Shown: positions 1 to 11,771, numbered from the stretch's first letter. The stretch: DNA of 64,000 bases from Pseudomonadota bacterium (GCA_021821365.1 JAKACN010000001.1:1623-65622), one strand, 5' to 3'. Notes: a model not told the origin generated them from the letters alone. Translations and numbers: made by a program.

Positions 1-625
1 CGAGGTCGCGCAATTCGCCGACCAGGATCGCATCCGGATCTTCGCGCAAGGCGGAACGCAGCGCGTTCTGGAAGGACATCGTGTGCGGACCAACTTCGCG
101 CTGGTTGATCAGGCACTTCTTCGATTCATGCACGAATTCGATCGGGTCCTCGACCGTCAGGATGTGGCCGTACTCGGTTTCGTTCAGGTGATTGATCATT
201 GCCGCCAGCGTGGTCGATTTGCCGGAGCCGGTCGGGCCGGTCACCAGCACGAGGCCGCGCGGCTTGAGGGCAAGTTCGGTGAAGATCTTGGGTGCGTTCA
301 ACTGTTCCAGCGTCAGCACTTTCGACGGAATGGTGCGCAGCACCGCCGCCGCGCCCCGGTCCTGGTTGAACGCGTTCACACGGAAGCGCGCCAAACCGGG
401 GATGGCAAACGAGAAGTCGCATTCGAGCACTTCCTCATACGCCTTGCGCTGGCCATCGTTCATGATGTCATAGATCATGCCGTGCACGTCGCGATGCTCG
501 AGCGGCGGCAGGTTGATGCGGCGAACGTCGCCGTGCACGCGGATCATCGGCGGCAGTCCGGAGGACAGGTGCAGGTCGGATGCGCCGTTCTTGACGGCAA
601 AGGCTAGAAGTTCGGAAATGTCCAT
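1..625 (-). CDS. pilT: Type IV pilus retraction ATPase PilT (N-terminal part; runs off window start)
   Basis: Manual translation from ATG at 625: MDISELLAFAVKNGASDLHLSSGLPPMIRV...Walker A GPTGSGKST...EDPIE...LREDPD; divergent from yggS as usual. Confidence 0.93.
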   Translation of the reverse strand, partial: MDISELLAFAVKNGASDLHLSSGLPPMIRVHGDVRRINLPPLEHRDVHGMIYDIMNDGQRKAYEEVLECDFSFAIPGLARFRVNAFNQDRGAAAVLRTIPSKVLTLEQLNAPKIFTELALKPRGLVLVTGPTGSGKSTTLAAMINHLNETEYGHILTVEDPIEFVHESKKCLINQREVGPHTMSFQNALRSALREDPDAILVGELRDL

Positions 626-705
626 TTATAATCCCAAGGCTGACGCCGGCCCGCGAGGAAACCGTTCATCGCAGGCGCCAAGGCGTTGCTTAAAGCAAAC
701 TGATT

Positions 706-1410
706 ATGTCCTCAATCTCCGACAACTTGCAAGACGTCAAGGAACGTATAGCCACAGCCGCGCGCGAGGCAGGGCGCGACCCGCATGAGGTCCGCCTGCT
801 GGCGGTGTCCAAGACCTTCGGCGCCGATGCGGTGCTTGACGCGGCGCGGGAAGGTCAGCGCGCCTTTGGCGAGAACTACCTGCAGGAAGCGCTCGACAAG
901 ATCGACGCGGTCCGTGCGGCACGGTCGGATTTGTTGCTGGAATGGCATTTCATCGGGCCGATCCAGAGCAACAAGACGCGGCCGATCGCGGAACATTTCG
1001 ACTGGGTGCACTCGGTCGAGCGCGAGAAGGTCGCGCAGCGGCTATCCGAGCAGCGGCCTCTGCAGCTGCCGCCCCTGAACATCTGCCTGCAGGTCAACAT
1101 CAGCGGCGAGGCCAGCAAGAGCGGCATCGCGCCGGAAGAAGTGCTGGCGCTGGCGCAGAAAGTGGCGAGCATGCCTCGCCTGAAATTGCGCGGCCTGATG
1201 GCGATACCCGAGCCCGAAGGCGACATGGACAGGCAGCGTCTCCCGTTCCGGCGGATGCGGCTGTTGATGGATGAACTGCGCGCGCACGGGCTGGACCTGG
1301 ATACCCTCTCGATGGGCATGTCGGCGGACATGGCTGCCGCCATCGCCGAAGGCGCAACGATCGTGCGGGTGGGAACCGCAATCTTTGGACAACGACACTA
1401 TGCAACATAA
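706..1410 (+). CDS. yggS: PLP homeostasis protein YggS (alanine racemase-like)
   Basis: LLAVSK, FGENY.QE, WHFIGPIQSNK, LSMGMS.D, VRVGTAIFG motifs. Confidence 0.95.
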   Translation: MSSISDNLQDVKERIATAAREAGRDPHEVRLLAVSKTFGADAVLDAAREGQRAFGENYLQEALDKIDAVRAARSDLLLEWHFIGPIQSNKTRPIAEHFDWVHSVEREKVAQRLSEQRPLQLPPLNICLQVNISGEASKSGIAPEEVLALAQKVASMPRLKLRGLMAIPEPEGDMDRQRLPFRRMRLLMDELRAHGLDLDTLSMGMSADMAAAIAEGATIVRVGTAIFGQRHYAT

Positions 1411-2224
1411 CCTGAAAATCGCATTCATCGGCGGCGGCAACATGGCCACCGCACTCATCGGCGGTCTCGCCGGCAAGCTGACCGCCGGGGAGAACATCCA
1501 TGTCATCGACGTGAATCCGGATGCCCTGCACAAACTGCAGCAGCAATTCGGTGTCAGCACCTCGCAACAGATCGATGCGACGTTGAAGCAGAGCGATGTC
1601 ATCGTGCTCGCCGTCAAGCCGCAGCAGATGAAGGCGGTGGTCGCGCAACTGCAGCCGCACATCGCTTCGCAACTGGTGCTGTCGATCGCCGCCGGCATCC
1701 GCGCGATGGACCTGTCGCGCTGGATGAATGGACACAGCGCCATCGTGCGCACCATGCCCAACACGCCGGCGCTGATTGGCAAGGGCATTGCCGGCATGGT
1801 CGCGTTGTCGGGCGTATCGCAGGCGCAGCGCGATGCCGCCGATGCGATCATGCGGGCAGTGGGCGCTACCGTGTGGCTCGACGACGAATCGCTGATCGAT
1901 CCCGTGACCGCGGTCTCGGGCAGCGGCCCGGCTTACGTGTTCTATTTCATCGAGGCGATGCAGCAGGCTGCGCAGGACATGGGGCTGACGGCGGAGCAGG
2001 GCACGCAGCTGGCGATTGCCACCTTCGTCGGCGCGTCGCAGCTTGCCGCGCAGTCGACGGACCCCGTGTCCGTACTGCGCGAACGCGTCACGTCGAAAGG
2101 CGGCACCACCTATGCCGCGCTGACCAGCATGGATGCGAGCGACGTCAAAGGCGCAATCGTCAAGGCCTTGAAAGCGGCGGCGGCGCGCGGCAAGGAACTG
2201 GGCGAGGAATTCGGCCGTGATTGA
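1400..2224 (+). CDS. proC: Pyrroline-5-carboxylate reductase
   Basis: FIGGGNM, AVKPQ, RTMPNTP, TAVSGSGPAY, VTSKGGTT; ATG at 1400 overlaps yggS end. Confidence 0.95.
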   Translation: MQHNLKIAFIGGGNMATALIGGLAGKLTAGENIHVIDVNPDALHKLQQQFGVSTSQQIDATLKQSDVIVLAVKPQQMKAVVAQLQPHIASQLVLSIAAGIRAMDLSRWMNGHSAIVRTMPNTPALIGKGIAGMVALSGVSQAQRDAADAIMRAVGATVWLDDESLIDPVTAVSGSGPAYVFYFIEAMQQAAQDMGLTAEQGTQLAIATFVGASQLAAQSTDPVSVLRERVTSKGGTTYAALTSMDASDVKGAIVKALKAAAARGKELGEEFGRD

Positions 2225-2240
2225 AGAACGCGGTTCGTCG

Positions 2241-2540
2241 CTAAGGCGGCGGCACGTATCGCAGGACCGGGCCGAGCGTGCGCCAGGTCCGCAGACCTGC
2301 CGATGCCAGCCGCAGAAGCGACGACAGGCGGCGCGGGCGGACCAGCATCAGCCCGATGGCGGCAGCGGCAAGCCACCCGGGATGCCGGCCTGCGCGCTCG
2401 ACGATGCGCAGGCCCGCTTCGACGGATAGCAGGTCGTGCCGCAATGGCGTCATCTGCAGCGACAGGTCGGCGCGTTGCATGCTGCATTCCGCAATCAGGC
2501 AGCGGCGTCGCCATGCCAGCTGTTCGGCACGGCTCATCAT
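2241..2540 (-). CDS. YqjK-like small protein
   Basis: MMSRAEQLAWRRRCLIAECSMQRADL...; third gene of a DUF883/holin-like/YqjK trio. Confidence 0.65.
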   Translation of the reverse strand: MMSRAEQLAWRRRCLIAECSMQRADLSLQMTPLRHDLLSVEAGLRIVERAGRHPGWLAAAAIGLMLVRPRRLSSLLRLASAGLRTWRTLGPVLRYVPPP

Positions 2541-2902
2541 GCGGGCGGCTGCAGCATTTCGCTGTCGCGCGACAGCTCTTTCATGGAATGCGCCAGCAGT
2601 GTCGGTTTTGATTGAAATTGCCGCTGTGCGCGCAGGCCGACGATGACGCCGACGACGCCGAATAATCCTGTCAGCGTCAACAAGACGCCGACGCGATGCG
2701 TGTCCCAATAGAGTATGACGGCCAGCAGCACGCCAAGCACTACCGCGATGCCGATGCAGAACATCGCCGCGAGCGACAGGATCAGGCAGGAGAAATAGCG
2801 CAGGGACTCTTCTTCGACTTCCGTGGCCGCGAGTTCGATGCGCGTCTGCGCGATGGCAAGAAGCGAGGCGGCCAGTCGCGCCACCGATTCGGCAACCGCC
2901 AT
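2537..2902 (-). CDS. YqjE-like (phage holin family) membrane protein
   Basis: QTRIELAATEVEEE followed by two TM helices; lies between DUF883 and YqjK-like genes. Confidence 0.8.
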   Translation of the reverse strand: MAVAESVARLAASLLAIAQTRIELAATEVEEESLRYFSCLILSLAAMFCIGIAVVLGVLLAVILYWDTHRVGVLLTLTGLFGVVGVIVGLRAQRQFQSKPTLLAHSMKELSRDSEMLQPPA

Positions 2903-2906
2903 GCTA

Positions 2907-3221
2907 TCAGCGACGGCCGAGCCAGAGGCCGACAACAAGACCGGTCAAGGCGCCGATGCCCACGGACTGCCAGGGATGATCCTGGACGTAGCGGTCGGTG
3001 GTGTCGATGGCATCGCGCGCGCCGGCCGTGATGCTTTCTTCCAGTGTGGACAGGCCGTGCCTGGCGGTGCTCAGCGTGGTTTCGAACCGGGCACGCGCGG
3101 CACGGTAACCGTCGTCGACCTGCTGGCTGGTATTTTTCAGCAAATCCTCCGCATCCTTGATCACCAGCCTCAGGTCATCGAGCAAGCGATCGCGCATCAG
3201 GCTGCGTCCGTTCGATTCCAT
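2907..3221 (-). CDS. DUF883 family (ElaB/YqjD) ribosome-binding membrane-anchored protein
   Basis: DRYVQDHPWQSVGIGALTGLVVGLWLGRR C-terminal signature. Confidence 0.88.
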   Translation of the reverse strand: MESNGRSLMRDRLLDDLRLVIKDAEDLLKNTSQQVDDGYRAARARFETTLSTARHGLSTLEESITAGARDAIDTTDRYVQDHPWQSVGIGALTGLVVGLWLGRR

Positions 3222-3325
3222 TCCACACCTCCCGTCCAAGATGAGCTTCCTGCAGTGTAAGTAACGGGAGGGTGTCGATTTTGCGCCGTGTCAAACTGTC
3301 CGACGGACACGGTACCGACTGCCTG

Positions 3326-4186
3326 TCAACGCATGGCGTAATCGAGAGCGATGCCTGCAAAAACGGCAGCGCCGAGCCAGTTGTTGTGACGGAATGCCGC
3401 GAAGCATCCCATGCGGTCGCGCGTGCGGATCAAGGTGTAGTGATACAGCGCGCACAACGCGGCGACCAGCATGCCGCCGACAAACCACATGCGTAGTCCG
3501 TATTGCCAGCCGACGACCAGGACGATGGCGAAGGCGATGGCATAGCAAAGCATGACTGCCATCACGTCGAAGCGGCCGAAGGTGATCGCCGACGTCTTGA
3601 TGCCGATCTTCAGGTCGTCGTCGCGGTCCACCATCGCATATTCGGTGTCGTAGGCGACAGCCCAGAAAATGTTGGCGGCCAGCAGCAACCATGCGGCGGG
3701 CGGCACGGTATTGAGCACGGCGGCGAAGGCCATCGGGATGCCGAAGCCGAACGCGATGCCGAGGTAGGCCTGCGGAATGGCAAAGAAGCGCTTGAAGTAG
3801 GGGTAGCTTCCGGCAATTGCCACGGCGGCAACCGACAGCAGTTTCGTGAGCGTGTTGAGCGGCAGGATCAGCGCGAAGGAGACCAGCGCCAGCACGACGG
3901 CGACCATGACGGCTTCCCAGGGCGCGATCCTGCCGCTGGTCAGGGGACGCTCCGCCGTACGCTTCACGTGCTTGTCGAAGTCGCGGTCGGCAAAGTCGTT
4001 GATGGCGCAGCCGGCCGAGCGCATCAGCACCGTGCCGACGCTGAAAATCACGACCAGCTTCCAGTCCGGCTTCCCGTTCGACGCGAACCACAGGGCACAC
4101 AATGTCGGCCATAACAGAAGCAGGCTGCCGATGGGCTTGTCGAGCCGGATCAGGCGCGCATAAAGGGCAAGTCGATTCATGGCCAT
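3326..4186 (-). CDS. ubiA: 4-hydroxybenzoate octaprenyltransferase
   Basis: [43 protein letters not shown]. Confidence 0.96.
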   Translation of the reverse strand: MAMNRLALYARLIRLDKPIGSLLLLWPTLCALWFASNGKPDWKLVVIFSVGTVLMRSAGCAINDFADRDFDKHVKRTAERPLTSGRIAPWEAVMVAVVLALVSFALILPLNTLTKLLSVAAVAIAGSYPYFKRFFAIPQAYLGIAFGFGIPMAFAAVLNTVPPAAWLLLAANIFWAVAYDTEYAMVDRDDDLKIGIKTSAITFGRFDVMAVMLCYAIAFAIVLVVGWQYGLRMWFVGGMLVAALCALYHYTLIRTRDRMGCFAAFRHNNWLGAAVFAGIALDYAMR

Positions 4187-4316
4187 GAATTCAATCGGGC
4201 AAAAACAGAATGACAACAAGAATCCTGCAGAAGGGCTACACTTGCTGCTTCGGCGCCCCCGATTCTTATTGCGATGCAAAATCGAATTATAAGCGCCGCA
4301 AGCATGGTTTCAGTTA

Positions 4317-4350
4317 TCGTCATGCAACTGACATATCGCCTTCGTACAAT
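4317..4350 (+). promoter_or_regulatory. Putative Pho box (PhoB site) plus -10 element of the ugp operon
   Basis: TCGTCAT-GCAA-CTGACAT (11-bp pitch, resembles CTGTCAT-N4-CTGTCAT) followed by TACAAT at 4345-4350; ugp is a classical Pho regulon member. Confidence 0.6.
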
Positions 4351-4372
4351 CAAAACGTCAAAGGAGGAAAAC

Positions 4373-5692
4373 ATGCAGTTCCCGCAGCCTTGCCTCAAAT
4401 CCCTGGCCGTCGCGACACTCTTCTCGTGCATGGCCGCTTCCGCGCAAGCCGCCACCGAAATCACCTGGTGGCATTCCATGACTGGTGCGCTCGGCGACCG
4501 CGTCGCCGGCCTGGCGGACCAGTTCAACAAGAGCCAGACCGCCTACAAGGTTACGCCCGTGTTCAAGGGGAGCTATGACGAGTCGCTGGCCGCTGCGATT
4601 GCCGCCTACCGCGCAGGAAACGCCCCGGACATCGTGCAGGTGTTCGAGGTCGGCACGGCCACCATGATGTACTCGAAGGGTGCCATCAAACCGGTATCGG
4701 AAGTCATGAAGGCAGCCGGCGAAAAATTCGATCCCTCTGCCTACGTGCCTGCCGTGGCGGGCTACTACACCTCGCCGAAGGGCGACATGGTGTCTTTCCC
4801 GTTCAACAGCTCGACCACCGTGTTCTTCTACAACAAGGACATGTTCACGAAAGCGGGTCTGGATGCGAACAAGCCGCCGGCAACCTGGCAGGAAGTGGCG
4901 GTGGCCGCGGCCAAGCTGAAGGCCAGCGGCGAGAAATGCGGATTCACGACCGGCTGGCAGTCCTGGGTCCAGCTCGAGAGCTTCTCGGCCTGGCACAACG
5001 TCGAATTCGCCTCGAAGAACAACGGCTTCGGCGGCCTTGACGCGCGCCTCAGGTTCAACAGCCCGCTGCATGTGCGCCATATCGAGAACCTGGGCAACTG
5101 GGCGAAGCAGGGCTATTTCACCTATGCCGGCCGGAAGAACGAGCCGGAGGCGAAATTCTATGCCGGCGAATGCGGCATGCTGACCTCGTCGAGCGCGGCC
5201 TATGCGAACATCGCGAAGAATGCGAAATTCAAGTTCGGCGTGTCGCAGCTGCCGTACTACAGCGACGTGAAGGGCGCGCCGCAGAACACCATCATCGGCG
5301 GTGCCTCGCTGTGGGTGATGAGCGGCAAGAAGCCCGACGAATACAAGGGCGTCGCGAAGTTCTTCAAGTTCCTGTCGCAGCCCGAGGTGCAGGCCAAGTG
5401 GCACCAGGAGACGGGTTACCTGCCGATTACCAAGGCGGCGTACGAGCTGACGAAGAAATCCGGTTTCTATGAAAAGAATCCGGGTACCGATGTCGCCGTG
5501 CAGCAGATGATCGTGAAGACGACCGACAAGTCGCGCGGCATCCGCCTTGGCAATTTCGCGCAGATCCGCACCATCATCGACGAGGAACTGGAGATGGTCT
5601 GGAACGGCAAGAAGACGGCCAAGGAAGCGCTCGATGCGGCGGTCAAGCGCGGCGACGAACTGCTGGTGCGGTTCCAGAGGGCAAACAAGTAA
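4373..5692 (+). CDS. ugpB: sn-glycerol-3-phosphate ABC transporter substrate-binding protein
   Basis: Signal peptide, [33 protein letters not shown]; RBS AGGAGG. Confidence 0.93.
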   Translation: MQFPQPCLKSLAVATLFSCMAASAQAATEITWWHSMTGALGDRVAGLADQFNKSQTAYKVTPVFKGSYDESLAAAIAAYRAGNAPDIVQVFEVGTATMMYSKGAIKPVSEVMKAAGEKFDPSAYVPAVAGYYTSPKGDMVSFPFNSSTTVFFYNKDMFTKAGLDANKPPATWQEVAVAAAKLKASGEKCGFTTGWQSWVQLESFSAWHNVEFASKNNGFGGLDARLRFNSPLHVRHIENLGNWAKQGYFTYAGRKNEPEAKFYAGECGMLTSSSAAYANIAKNAKFKFGVSQLPYYSDVKGAPQNTIIGGASLWVMSGKKPDEYKGVAKFFKFLSQPEVQAKWHQETGYLPITKAAYELTKKSGFYEKNPGTDVAVQQMIVKTTDKSRGIRLGNFAQIRTIIDEELEMVWNGKKTAKEALDAAVKRGDELLVRFQRANK

Positions 5693-5750
5693 TCCGTCGC
5701 GCGCCCTCTCCGGTTAGGGGAGGGCGTCGTTCCCCTCAACGCAATCCGCC

Positions 5751-6635
5751 ATGGAAAAACGCGCCCGCTTCCAATCCGACTGGCTGCCCTATGCGCTGGT
5801 CGCGCCGCAGATCCTGGTCACGCTGCTGTTCTTCTTCTGGCCGGCAGCGCAGGCACTGTACCAGTCGGTGCTGATCCAGGACGCGTTCGGCGTCTCGTCG
5901 CAATTTGTCTGGTTCGACAATTTCCAGGACCTGTTCGGCGACCCGATGTACATCGATTCATTCAAGACGACGGCGGTCTTTTCCGTGCTGGTCGCTTTTT
6001 TCGGGCTGAGCGTGTCGCTGATCCTCGCGGTCTTTGCCGACCGCGTGGCCAGAGGCGCGGCTGTCTACAAGACGTTCCTGATCTGGCCCTATGCCGTCTC
6101 GCCGGTCGTGGTTGGCGTGCTGTGGATGTTCCTCCTGAACCCGACGCTCGGCGTGATCGCGCATGCGCTGCGCCATCTCGGCATCGAATGGGACAGCCTG
6201 CTCAATGGCCGCCACGCGATGATCCTGATCGTCGTGGCCGCCATCTGGAAGCAGATCAGCTACAACTTCCTGTTCTTCCTCGCCGGCCTGCAGGCCATCC
6301 CGAAGTCGCTGATCGAAGCCGCCGCCATCGACGGAGCCGGACCGGTGCGACGCTTCTTCACCATCGTTTTCCCGCTGCTGTCGCCGACGACCTTTTTCCT
6401 GCTCGTGATCAACATCGTGTACGCGTTCTTCGATACCTTCGCGATCATCGAGGCGACCACACACGGCGGGCCGGGCAAGGATACCGAAATCCTGGTGTAC
6501 AAGGTGTTCCAGGATGGCTTCAAGGGAGGCGACCTGGGCAGCTCCGCCGCGCAATCCGTGGTGTTGATGGTGATCGTGATTGCGCTGACCGTCCTGCAGT
6601 TCAAGTATGTGGAGCGGAAGGTGCAGTATTCGTGA
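5751..6635 (+). CDS. ugpA: G3P ABC transporter permease
   Basis: [11 protein letters not shown] loop; [16 protein letters not shown]. Confidence 0.92.
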   Translation: MEKRARFQSDWLPYALVAPQILVTLLFFFWPAAQALYQSVLIQDAFGVSSQFVWFDNFQDLFGDPMYIDSFKTTAVFSVLVAFFGLSVSLILAVFADRVARGAAVYKTFLIWPYAVSPVVVGVLWMFLLNPTLGVIAHALRHLGIEWDSLLNGRHAMILIVVAAIWKQISYNFLFFLAGLQAIPKSLIEAAAIDGAGPVRRFFTIVFPLLSPTTFFLLVINIVYAFFDTFAIIEATTHGGPGKDTEILVYKVFQDGFKGGDLGSSAAQSVVLMVIVIALTVLQFKYVERKVQYS

Positions 6636-6644
6636 TGGATGCCC

Positions 6645-7496
6645 ATGATTGAACGTCGCCCCATTCTTGATTTCTTCAGCCACCTCGTGCTGATCCTCGG
6701 CGTCGCGCTGGTCGCGTTCCCGATCTACGTCGCCTTCGTCGCGAGCACGCAGACTGCCGAGCAGGCGGCCGCGGCGCCGATGTCACTGCTGCCCGGCGAC
6801 CAGTTCTTTGCCAACTACGCCACGGCGATCATCGAGGGTGCGAAGGGCAATGCGTCCGTGCCGCCGGTGGGGCGCATGATGTGGGTCAGCCTGGTATCGG
6901 CGCTGGCCATCGCGATCGGCAAGATCGCGATCTCGATGCTCTCGGCCTTCGCCATCGTGTACTTCCGCTTTCCCGGCCGCGCACTGTTTTTCTGGATGAT
7001 CTTCGTCACCCTGATGCTTCCAGTCGAGGTTCGTATCACGCCGACTTACCAGGTCGTGTCGGACTTCGGCATGCTGAACACTTACGCCGGTCTGACCATT
7101 CCGCTGATGGCGTCCGCCACCGCCACCTTCCTGTTCCGCCAGTTCTTCCTCACGGTGCCGGACGAACTCGCGGAAGCCGCACGCATCGACGGCGCGGGGC
7201 CGCTGCGCTTCTTCAAGGACGTATTGTGGCCGCTGTCGCGCACCAACGTCATCGCGCTCTTCGTGATCATGTTCATCTACGGTTGGAACCAGTACCTGTG
7301 GCCGCTGCTGATCGCGACCGAGCAGGGCATGTACCCGATCGGGATCGGCATCAAGTCGATGATCACGGCCGGCGACGCGGCGATCGAATGGAACATCGTG
7401 ATGGCCATGCTCATCCTTGCGATGCTGCCGCCCGGCCTCGTGGTTGTCATCATGCAGAAATGGTTCGTCAAGGGATTGGTGGATTCGGAAAAATGA
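6645..7496 (+). CDS. ugpE: G3P ABC transporter permease
   Basis: MIERRP start, [30 protein letters not shown]. Confidence 0.92.
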   Translation: MIERRPILDFFSHLVLILGVALVAFPIYVAFVASTQTAEQAAAAPMSLLPGDQFFANYATAIIEGAKGNASVPPVGRMMWVSLVSALAIAIGKIAISMLSAFAIVYFRFPGRALFFWMIFVTLMLPVEVRITPTYQVVSDFGMLNTYAGLTIPLMASATATFLFRQFFLTVPDELAEAARIDGAGPLRFFKDVLWPLSRTNVIALFVIMFIYGWNQYLWPLLIATEQGMYPIGIGIKSMITAGDAAIEWNIVMAMLILAMLPPGLVVVIMQKWFVKGLVDSEK

Positions 7497-7564
7497 CACG
7501 GCGAAAGCAGGCACCCGACATCTCTGGCTTGGGCGGGGACGCGCCGCGCATCGGATAAAAATAC

Positions 7565-8638
7565 ATGGCAAAAGTCGAACTGAAAAACATCACGAAGACC
7601 TACGGCAAGGGTGCAAAGGCCGTTGACGCCATTCATGGCATCTCCATCGACATCGCGGACGGCGAATTCATCGTGATGGTCGGCCCGTCGGGTTGCGGCA
7701 AGTCGACGCTGCTACGCATGGTGGCCGGCCTTGAGGAAATCACCGGCGGCGACATCGTGATCGGCGATCGCGTCGTCAATCTGCTCGAGCCGAAGGATCG
7801 CGACATTGCCATGGTGTTCCAGAACTACGCACTGTATCCGCACATGAGCGTGTACGAGAACATGGCCTACGGCCTCAAGATTCGCGGCTTCACGAAAGCG
7901 GACATCGACACGCGGGTGCAGAAGGCGGCGAAGATCCTGGAGCTCGGCGCACTGCTGCAACGCACGCCGCGCCAGCTCTCGGGCGGGCAACGCCAGCGTG
8001 TCGCAATGGGGCGCGCCATCGTGCGCGAGCCGGCGGTGTTCCTGTTCGACGAGCCCTTGTCGAACCTCGACGCCAAGCTGCGCGTGCAGATGCGGCTGGA
8101 GATCCAGAAACTCCATCGTGCGCTTGGCACCACCAGCCTGTATGTGACGCACGACCAGGTCGAGGCCATGACGCTCGGCCAGCGCATGATCGTGATGAAC
8201 GCCGGGCGCGCGGAGCAGATCGGCACGCCGGCCGAGGTCTATGGCCGGCCGGCCACCATGTTCGTTGCCGGTTTCATCGGTTCGCCTCCGATGAACCTGT
8301 TGCACGGAAGACTTGGCGACGACGGAATGCATGTCGAGATGGCCAACGGCGCGCGAATTGTCCTGCCGGTGGCGCAAGCCGTGTACGCCAACCGGGATTG
8401 CGTCCTCGGCGTGCGACCGGAGCACCTGGAGCTCGGCAAGCCGGGCTTGTCATTGCAGGTGGAAATGGTGGAAGCGCTCGGGGCGGACGTCCTGATCCAC
8501 GCCAGCGCGGGCGGACAATCCGTCATCATTCGCGCGCCATCCAGCGTGCATGCCGAAGCGGGTCAGAACCTCACCGCGGGATTCGATGCCTCGGCCATGC
8601 ACTGGTTCGACCCGCAGACGACGCAACGCCTCGCGTAA
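7565..8638 (+). CDS. ugpC: G3P ABC transporter ATP-binding protein
   Basis: [39 protein letters not shown]-like C-terminus. Confidence 0.92.
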   Translation: MAKVELKNITKTYGKGAKAVDAIHGISIDIADGEFIVMVGPSGCGKSTLLRMVAGLEEITGGDIVIGDRVVNLLEPKDRDIAMVFQNYALYPHMSVYENMAYGLKIRGFTKADIDTRVQKAAKILELGALLQRTPRQLSGGQRQRVAMGRAIVREPAVFLFDEPLSNLDAKLRVQMRLEIQKLHRALGTTSLYVTHDQVEAMTLGQRMIVMNAGRAEQIGTPAEVYGRPATMFVAGFIGSPPMNLLHGRLGDDGMHVEMANGARIVLPVAQAVYANRDCVLGVRPEHLELGKPGLSLQVEMVEALGADVLIHASAGGQSVIIRAPSSVHAEAGQNLTAGFDASAMHWFDPQTTQRLA

Positions 8639-8654
8639 TGCGCCGAAGGAAGCG

Positions 8655-9602
8655 TCAGGCTTCCGCCGTTTCCGCTTCATGCAGCATCGTCACGCCATGC
8701 AGGTTGCAGGCCAATACCGCCTGGCGCACCGCGTCGATGGCCGGCTTGCGGGTAAAGCTCTTGCGCCACGCGATCACAACGCGGCGCGACGGATCGGGCG
8801 AGGAAAACGGAATGTAGCGCAGCATGCCGTCCCTGGCTTGCATGTCCGGCACCGACGCCTTCGGCAGTACGGTGATGCCGATGCCGGAAGCTACCATGTG
8901 GCGGATCGTCTCCAGCGACGAACCTTCGAAGGTGCGCGCGATGCCGTCTCCGGTGGTCGAGAAGCGCGACATCTCGGGACAGACTTCCAGCACCTGGTCG
9001 CGGAAGCAGTGGCCATTGCCGAGCAGCAGCATGGTTTCCGATTTCAACTCTTCCGCATCAATGGATTCGCGCGTGGACCAGGAATGATGCTTCGGCAGGG
9101 CGACGACGAATGGCTCGTCATACAGCGGCTGCACCATCAATCCCTGGTCGGAGAACGGCAAGGCCATGATGGCCGCATCCAGCTCGCCCTGACGCAGCGA
9201 TTCGATCAGGCGCACGGTGAAGTTTTCCTGAAGCACCAGCGGCATTTGCGGCACCTGCTCGATCATGGTTTTCACCAGCGGCGGCAGGAGATAGGGGGCA
9301 ATGGTGTAGATCACGCCGAGGCGCAGCGGGCCGGCGAGCGGATCCTTGTTCTGCTTGGCAATTTCCTTGATCGCTGCAGTCTGTTCAAGCACGCGTTCGG
9401 CCTGTGCGACGATCTGCGCGCCGAGCGGCGTCATCGAGATTTCCATGCCGCCGCGTTCGAAGATCACGACACCGAGTTCATCTTCCAGTTTCTTGATCGC
9501 CACCGACAAGGTCGGTTGCGCAACAAAGCATGCCTCCGCGGCATGGCCGAAATGCTTTTCGCGTGCAACCGCCACGATGTATTTCAACTCGGTAAGCGTC
9601 AT
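8655..9602 (-). CDS. oxyR: Hydrogen peroxide-sensing LysR regulator OxyR
   Basis: LysR HTH; redox pair GHCFRDQVLEVC (C-x8-C); adjacent to recG. Confidence 0.9.
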   Translation of the reverse strand: MTLTELKYIVAVAREKHFGHAAEACFVAQPTLSVAIKKLEDELGVVIFERGGMEISMTPLGAQIVAQAERVLEQTAAIKEIAKQNKDPLAGPLRLGVIYTIAPYLLPPLVKTMIEQVPQMPLVLQENFTVRLIESLRQGELDAAIMALPFSDQGLMVQPLYDEPFVVALPKHHSWSTRESIDAEELKSETMLLLGNGHCFRDQVLEVCPEMSRFSTTGDGIARTFEGSSLETIRHMVASGIGITVLPKASVPDMQARDGMLRYIPFSSPDPSRRVVIAWRKSFTRKPAIDAVRQAVLACNLHGVTMLHEAETAEA

Positions 9603-9683
9603 GATCGTCTTGCCTCAAAGCCAGTCAATGAATTATTCGGCAGCAACTGCCATAGTATATGACTATGTAATGGGGCGCAGACA

Positions 9684-11771
9684 TTAAACTTTCAAGTACT
9701 CCTCTCGCCCTCCCAGCCAGCGTGCGAGATGGACTTCTACCGTTGCAGGGGCTTCATGCAATAGCATTTGTGCAACATTGCGTGCTTTTTCCACCAGCCA
9801 TTGATCGGTTTGCAGGTCGGCGAAGCGCAGCATGGCCTGACCGGACTGCCGCGCACCGAGGAATTCGCCCGGACCGCGGATTTCCAGGTCGCGCCGCGCG
9901 ATCTCGAATCCGTCCGTGGTTTCTCGCATGGTCATCAGGCGCTGCTTCGCTACCGGGCCGAGCGGGCTCTGGTACAGCAGCAGGCAGACGCTCGCCGCCG
10001 ATCCGCGGCCGACGCGGCCCCGTAACTGATGCAATTGCGACAAGCCGAAGCGCTCCGCATGTTCGATCACCATCAACGAGGCATTCGGCACATCGACGCC
10101 GACTTCGATTACGGTCGTCGCCACCAGCAGGTGGATGTCGCCGCGCGAGAAGGCGTCCATCGTCACCTGCTTTTCCGCCGGTTTCATGCGGCCATGCACC
10201 AGACCGACGTTCAGGTCGGGCAACGCCTGTGCCAGCACGGCATGCGTGTCGGTCGCGGTCTGCAATTGCAGCGCTTCCGATTCTTCGATCAGCGGGCAGA
10301 CCCAATACACCTGCCGCCCTTCGAGCGCGGCCGCATGTACCCGTTCGATCACCTCATCGCGCCGGTTCTGGTCGACCACGCGCGTGACGATCGGTGTGCG
10401 CCCCGGCGGCAGTTCATCGATCACCGACACTTCCAGATCGGCGTAATACGTCATCGCCAGCGTGCGCGGAATCGGTGTGGCGGACATCATCAGCTGATGC
10501 GGTACGGTCTGCGCCGCGCCGTTCGCCTCAAGCCCCTTGTTGCGCAGGGCCAGCCGCTGTCCGACGCCGAAGCGATGCTGTTCGTCGACGATCACCAATC
10601 CGAGCCGCGCGAACTCGACGCCTTCCTGGATCAGCGCATGCGTGCCGATCACCAGTTGCGCTTCGCCCGATTCGATCATCGCCTGCGACGCTTCTTTTTC
10701 CTTTTTCTTCAGACTGCCGGTCAGCCACGCGACCTTCACGCCGAGCGGTTCCATCCATGTGGCGATCTTGCGGAAGTGCTGTTCGGCGAGAATTTCGGTC
10801 GGCGCCATCAGCGCGGCCTGGAAGCCGCTGTCGATGGCCTGCGACGCCGCCAGTGCGGCCACCACGGTTTTGCCGCTGCCGACGTCGCCTTGCAGCAGGC
10901 GCTGCATCGGAAAGGATTCGCGCAGATCGGCGCGAATTTCGTCCAGCACGCGCTGCTGCGCGCCGGTCAGCTGGAAGGGCAGGTTGGCAAGAAATTGTCG
11001 TGACAAATCGCCAATTACCGGCAGAGCCGCGGCGCCTTTCGCGCGGCGTGCGGCCTGCGCCCGCTTGAGTGAGAGCTGCTGCGCCAGCAGCTCGTCGAAT
11101 TTCATGCGTATCCATGCCGGATGCGTGCGCTCCATCAATGCATGTTCGTCCACGTCCGGCGGCGGGTTGTGCAGCAGCTTCACTGACGGCGCGAAGGCTT
11201 GCAGCCCGAGCGACGTGAGCAGCTCCGGTTCCAGTGTGTCGCGCCAGTCGATGCGGGACAGTGCGTTGGCGATCGCCTTGCGCAGGTAGGCTTGCGACAA
11301 CCCTTCGCCGGCGGGATAGACGGGCGTCAATGCATCGGGCAGCGGATCGTCGTCCTGCACCATTTTGTAGGTCGGGTGCACCATCTCCGCGCCAAAAAAT
11401 CCGTGCCGTACCTCGCCGCGCGCGCGCACCCGCGTACCGACGGCAAGTTGCTTCACCTGACTGCCATAGAAATTCAGGAAACGCATCACCAGCTGGCCGG
11501 ACTCGTCGGCAATGGTCACCACGAGCTGGCGGCGCGGCCGGTACTGGACATCGCATTCGGTGACCACGCCTTCCACCTGCGCCGCATTGCCGGCCATGAA
11601 ACCCGCCTCATGGATCGGCACGATTTTCGTTTCGTCCTCATAGCGCAGTGGCAGGTGCAGCGCCAGGTCCATGTCCGAGCGCAGGCCGAGCTTGGCGAGC
11701 TTGTCCTGGGGGGGGCCGGTCTTGCGTTTGGCGGTGGCTGCGGGCGTTCGCTGGGCGGCGGGCATATCCAA
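9684..11771 (-). CDS. recG: ATP-dependent DNA helicase RecG
   Basis: QGDVGSGKT, DEQHRFGV, MSATPIPRT, QLRGRVGRG. Confidence 0.97.
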   Translation of the reverse strand: MDMPAAQRTPAATAKRKTGPPQDKLAKLGLRSDMDLALHLPLRYEDETKIVPIHEAGFMAGNAAQVEGVVTECDVQYRPRRQLVVTIADESGQLVMRFLNFYGSQVKQLAVGTRVRARGEVRHGFFGAEMVHPTYKMVQDDDPLPDALTPVYPAGEGLSQAYLRKAIANALSRIDWRDTLEPELLTSLGLQAFAPSVKLLHNPPPDVDEHALMERTHPAWIRMKFDELLAQQLSLKRAQAARRAKGAAALPVIGDLSRQFLANLPFQLTGAQQRVLDEIRADLRESFPMQRLLQGDVGSGKTVVAALAASQAIDSGFQAALMAPTEILAEQHFRKIATWMEPLGVKVAWLTGSLKKKEKEASQAMIESGEAQLVIGTHALIQEGVEFARLGLVIVDEQHRFGVGQRLALRNKGLEANGAAQTVPHQLMMSATPIPRTLAMTYYADLEVSVIDELPPGRTPIVTRVVDQNRRDEVIERVHAAALEGRQVYWVCPLIEESEALQLQTATDTHAVLAQALPDLNVGLVHGRMKPAEKQVTMDAFSRGDIHLLVATTVIEVGVDVPNASLMVIEHAERFGLSQLHQLRGRVGRGSAASVCLLLYQSPLGPVAKQRLMTMRETTDGFEIARRDLEIRGPGEFLGARQSGQAMLRFADLQTDQWLVEKARNVAQMLLHEAPATVEVHLARWLGGREEYLKV

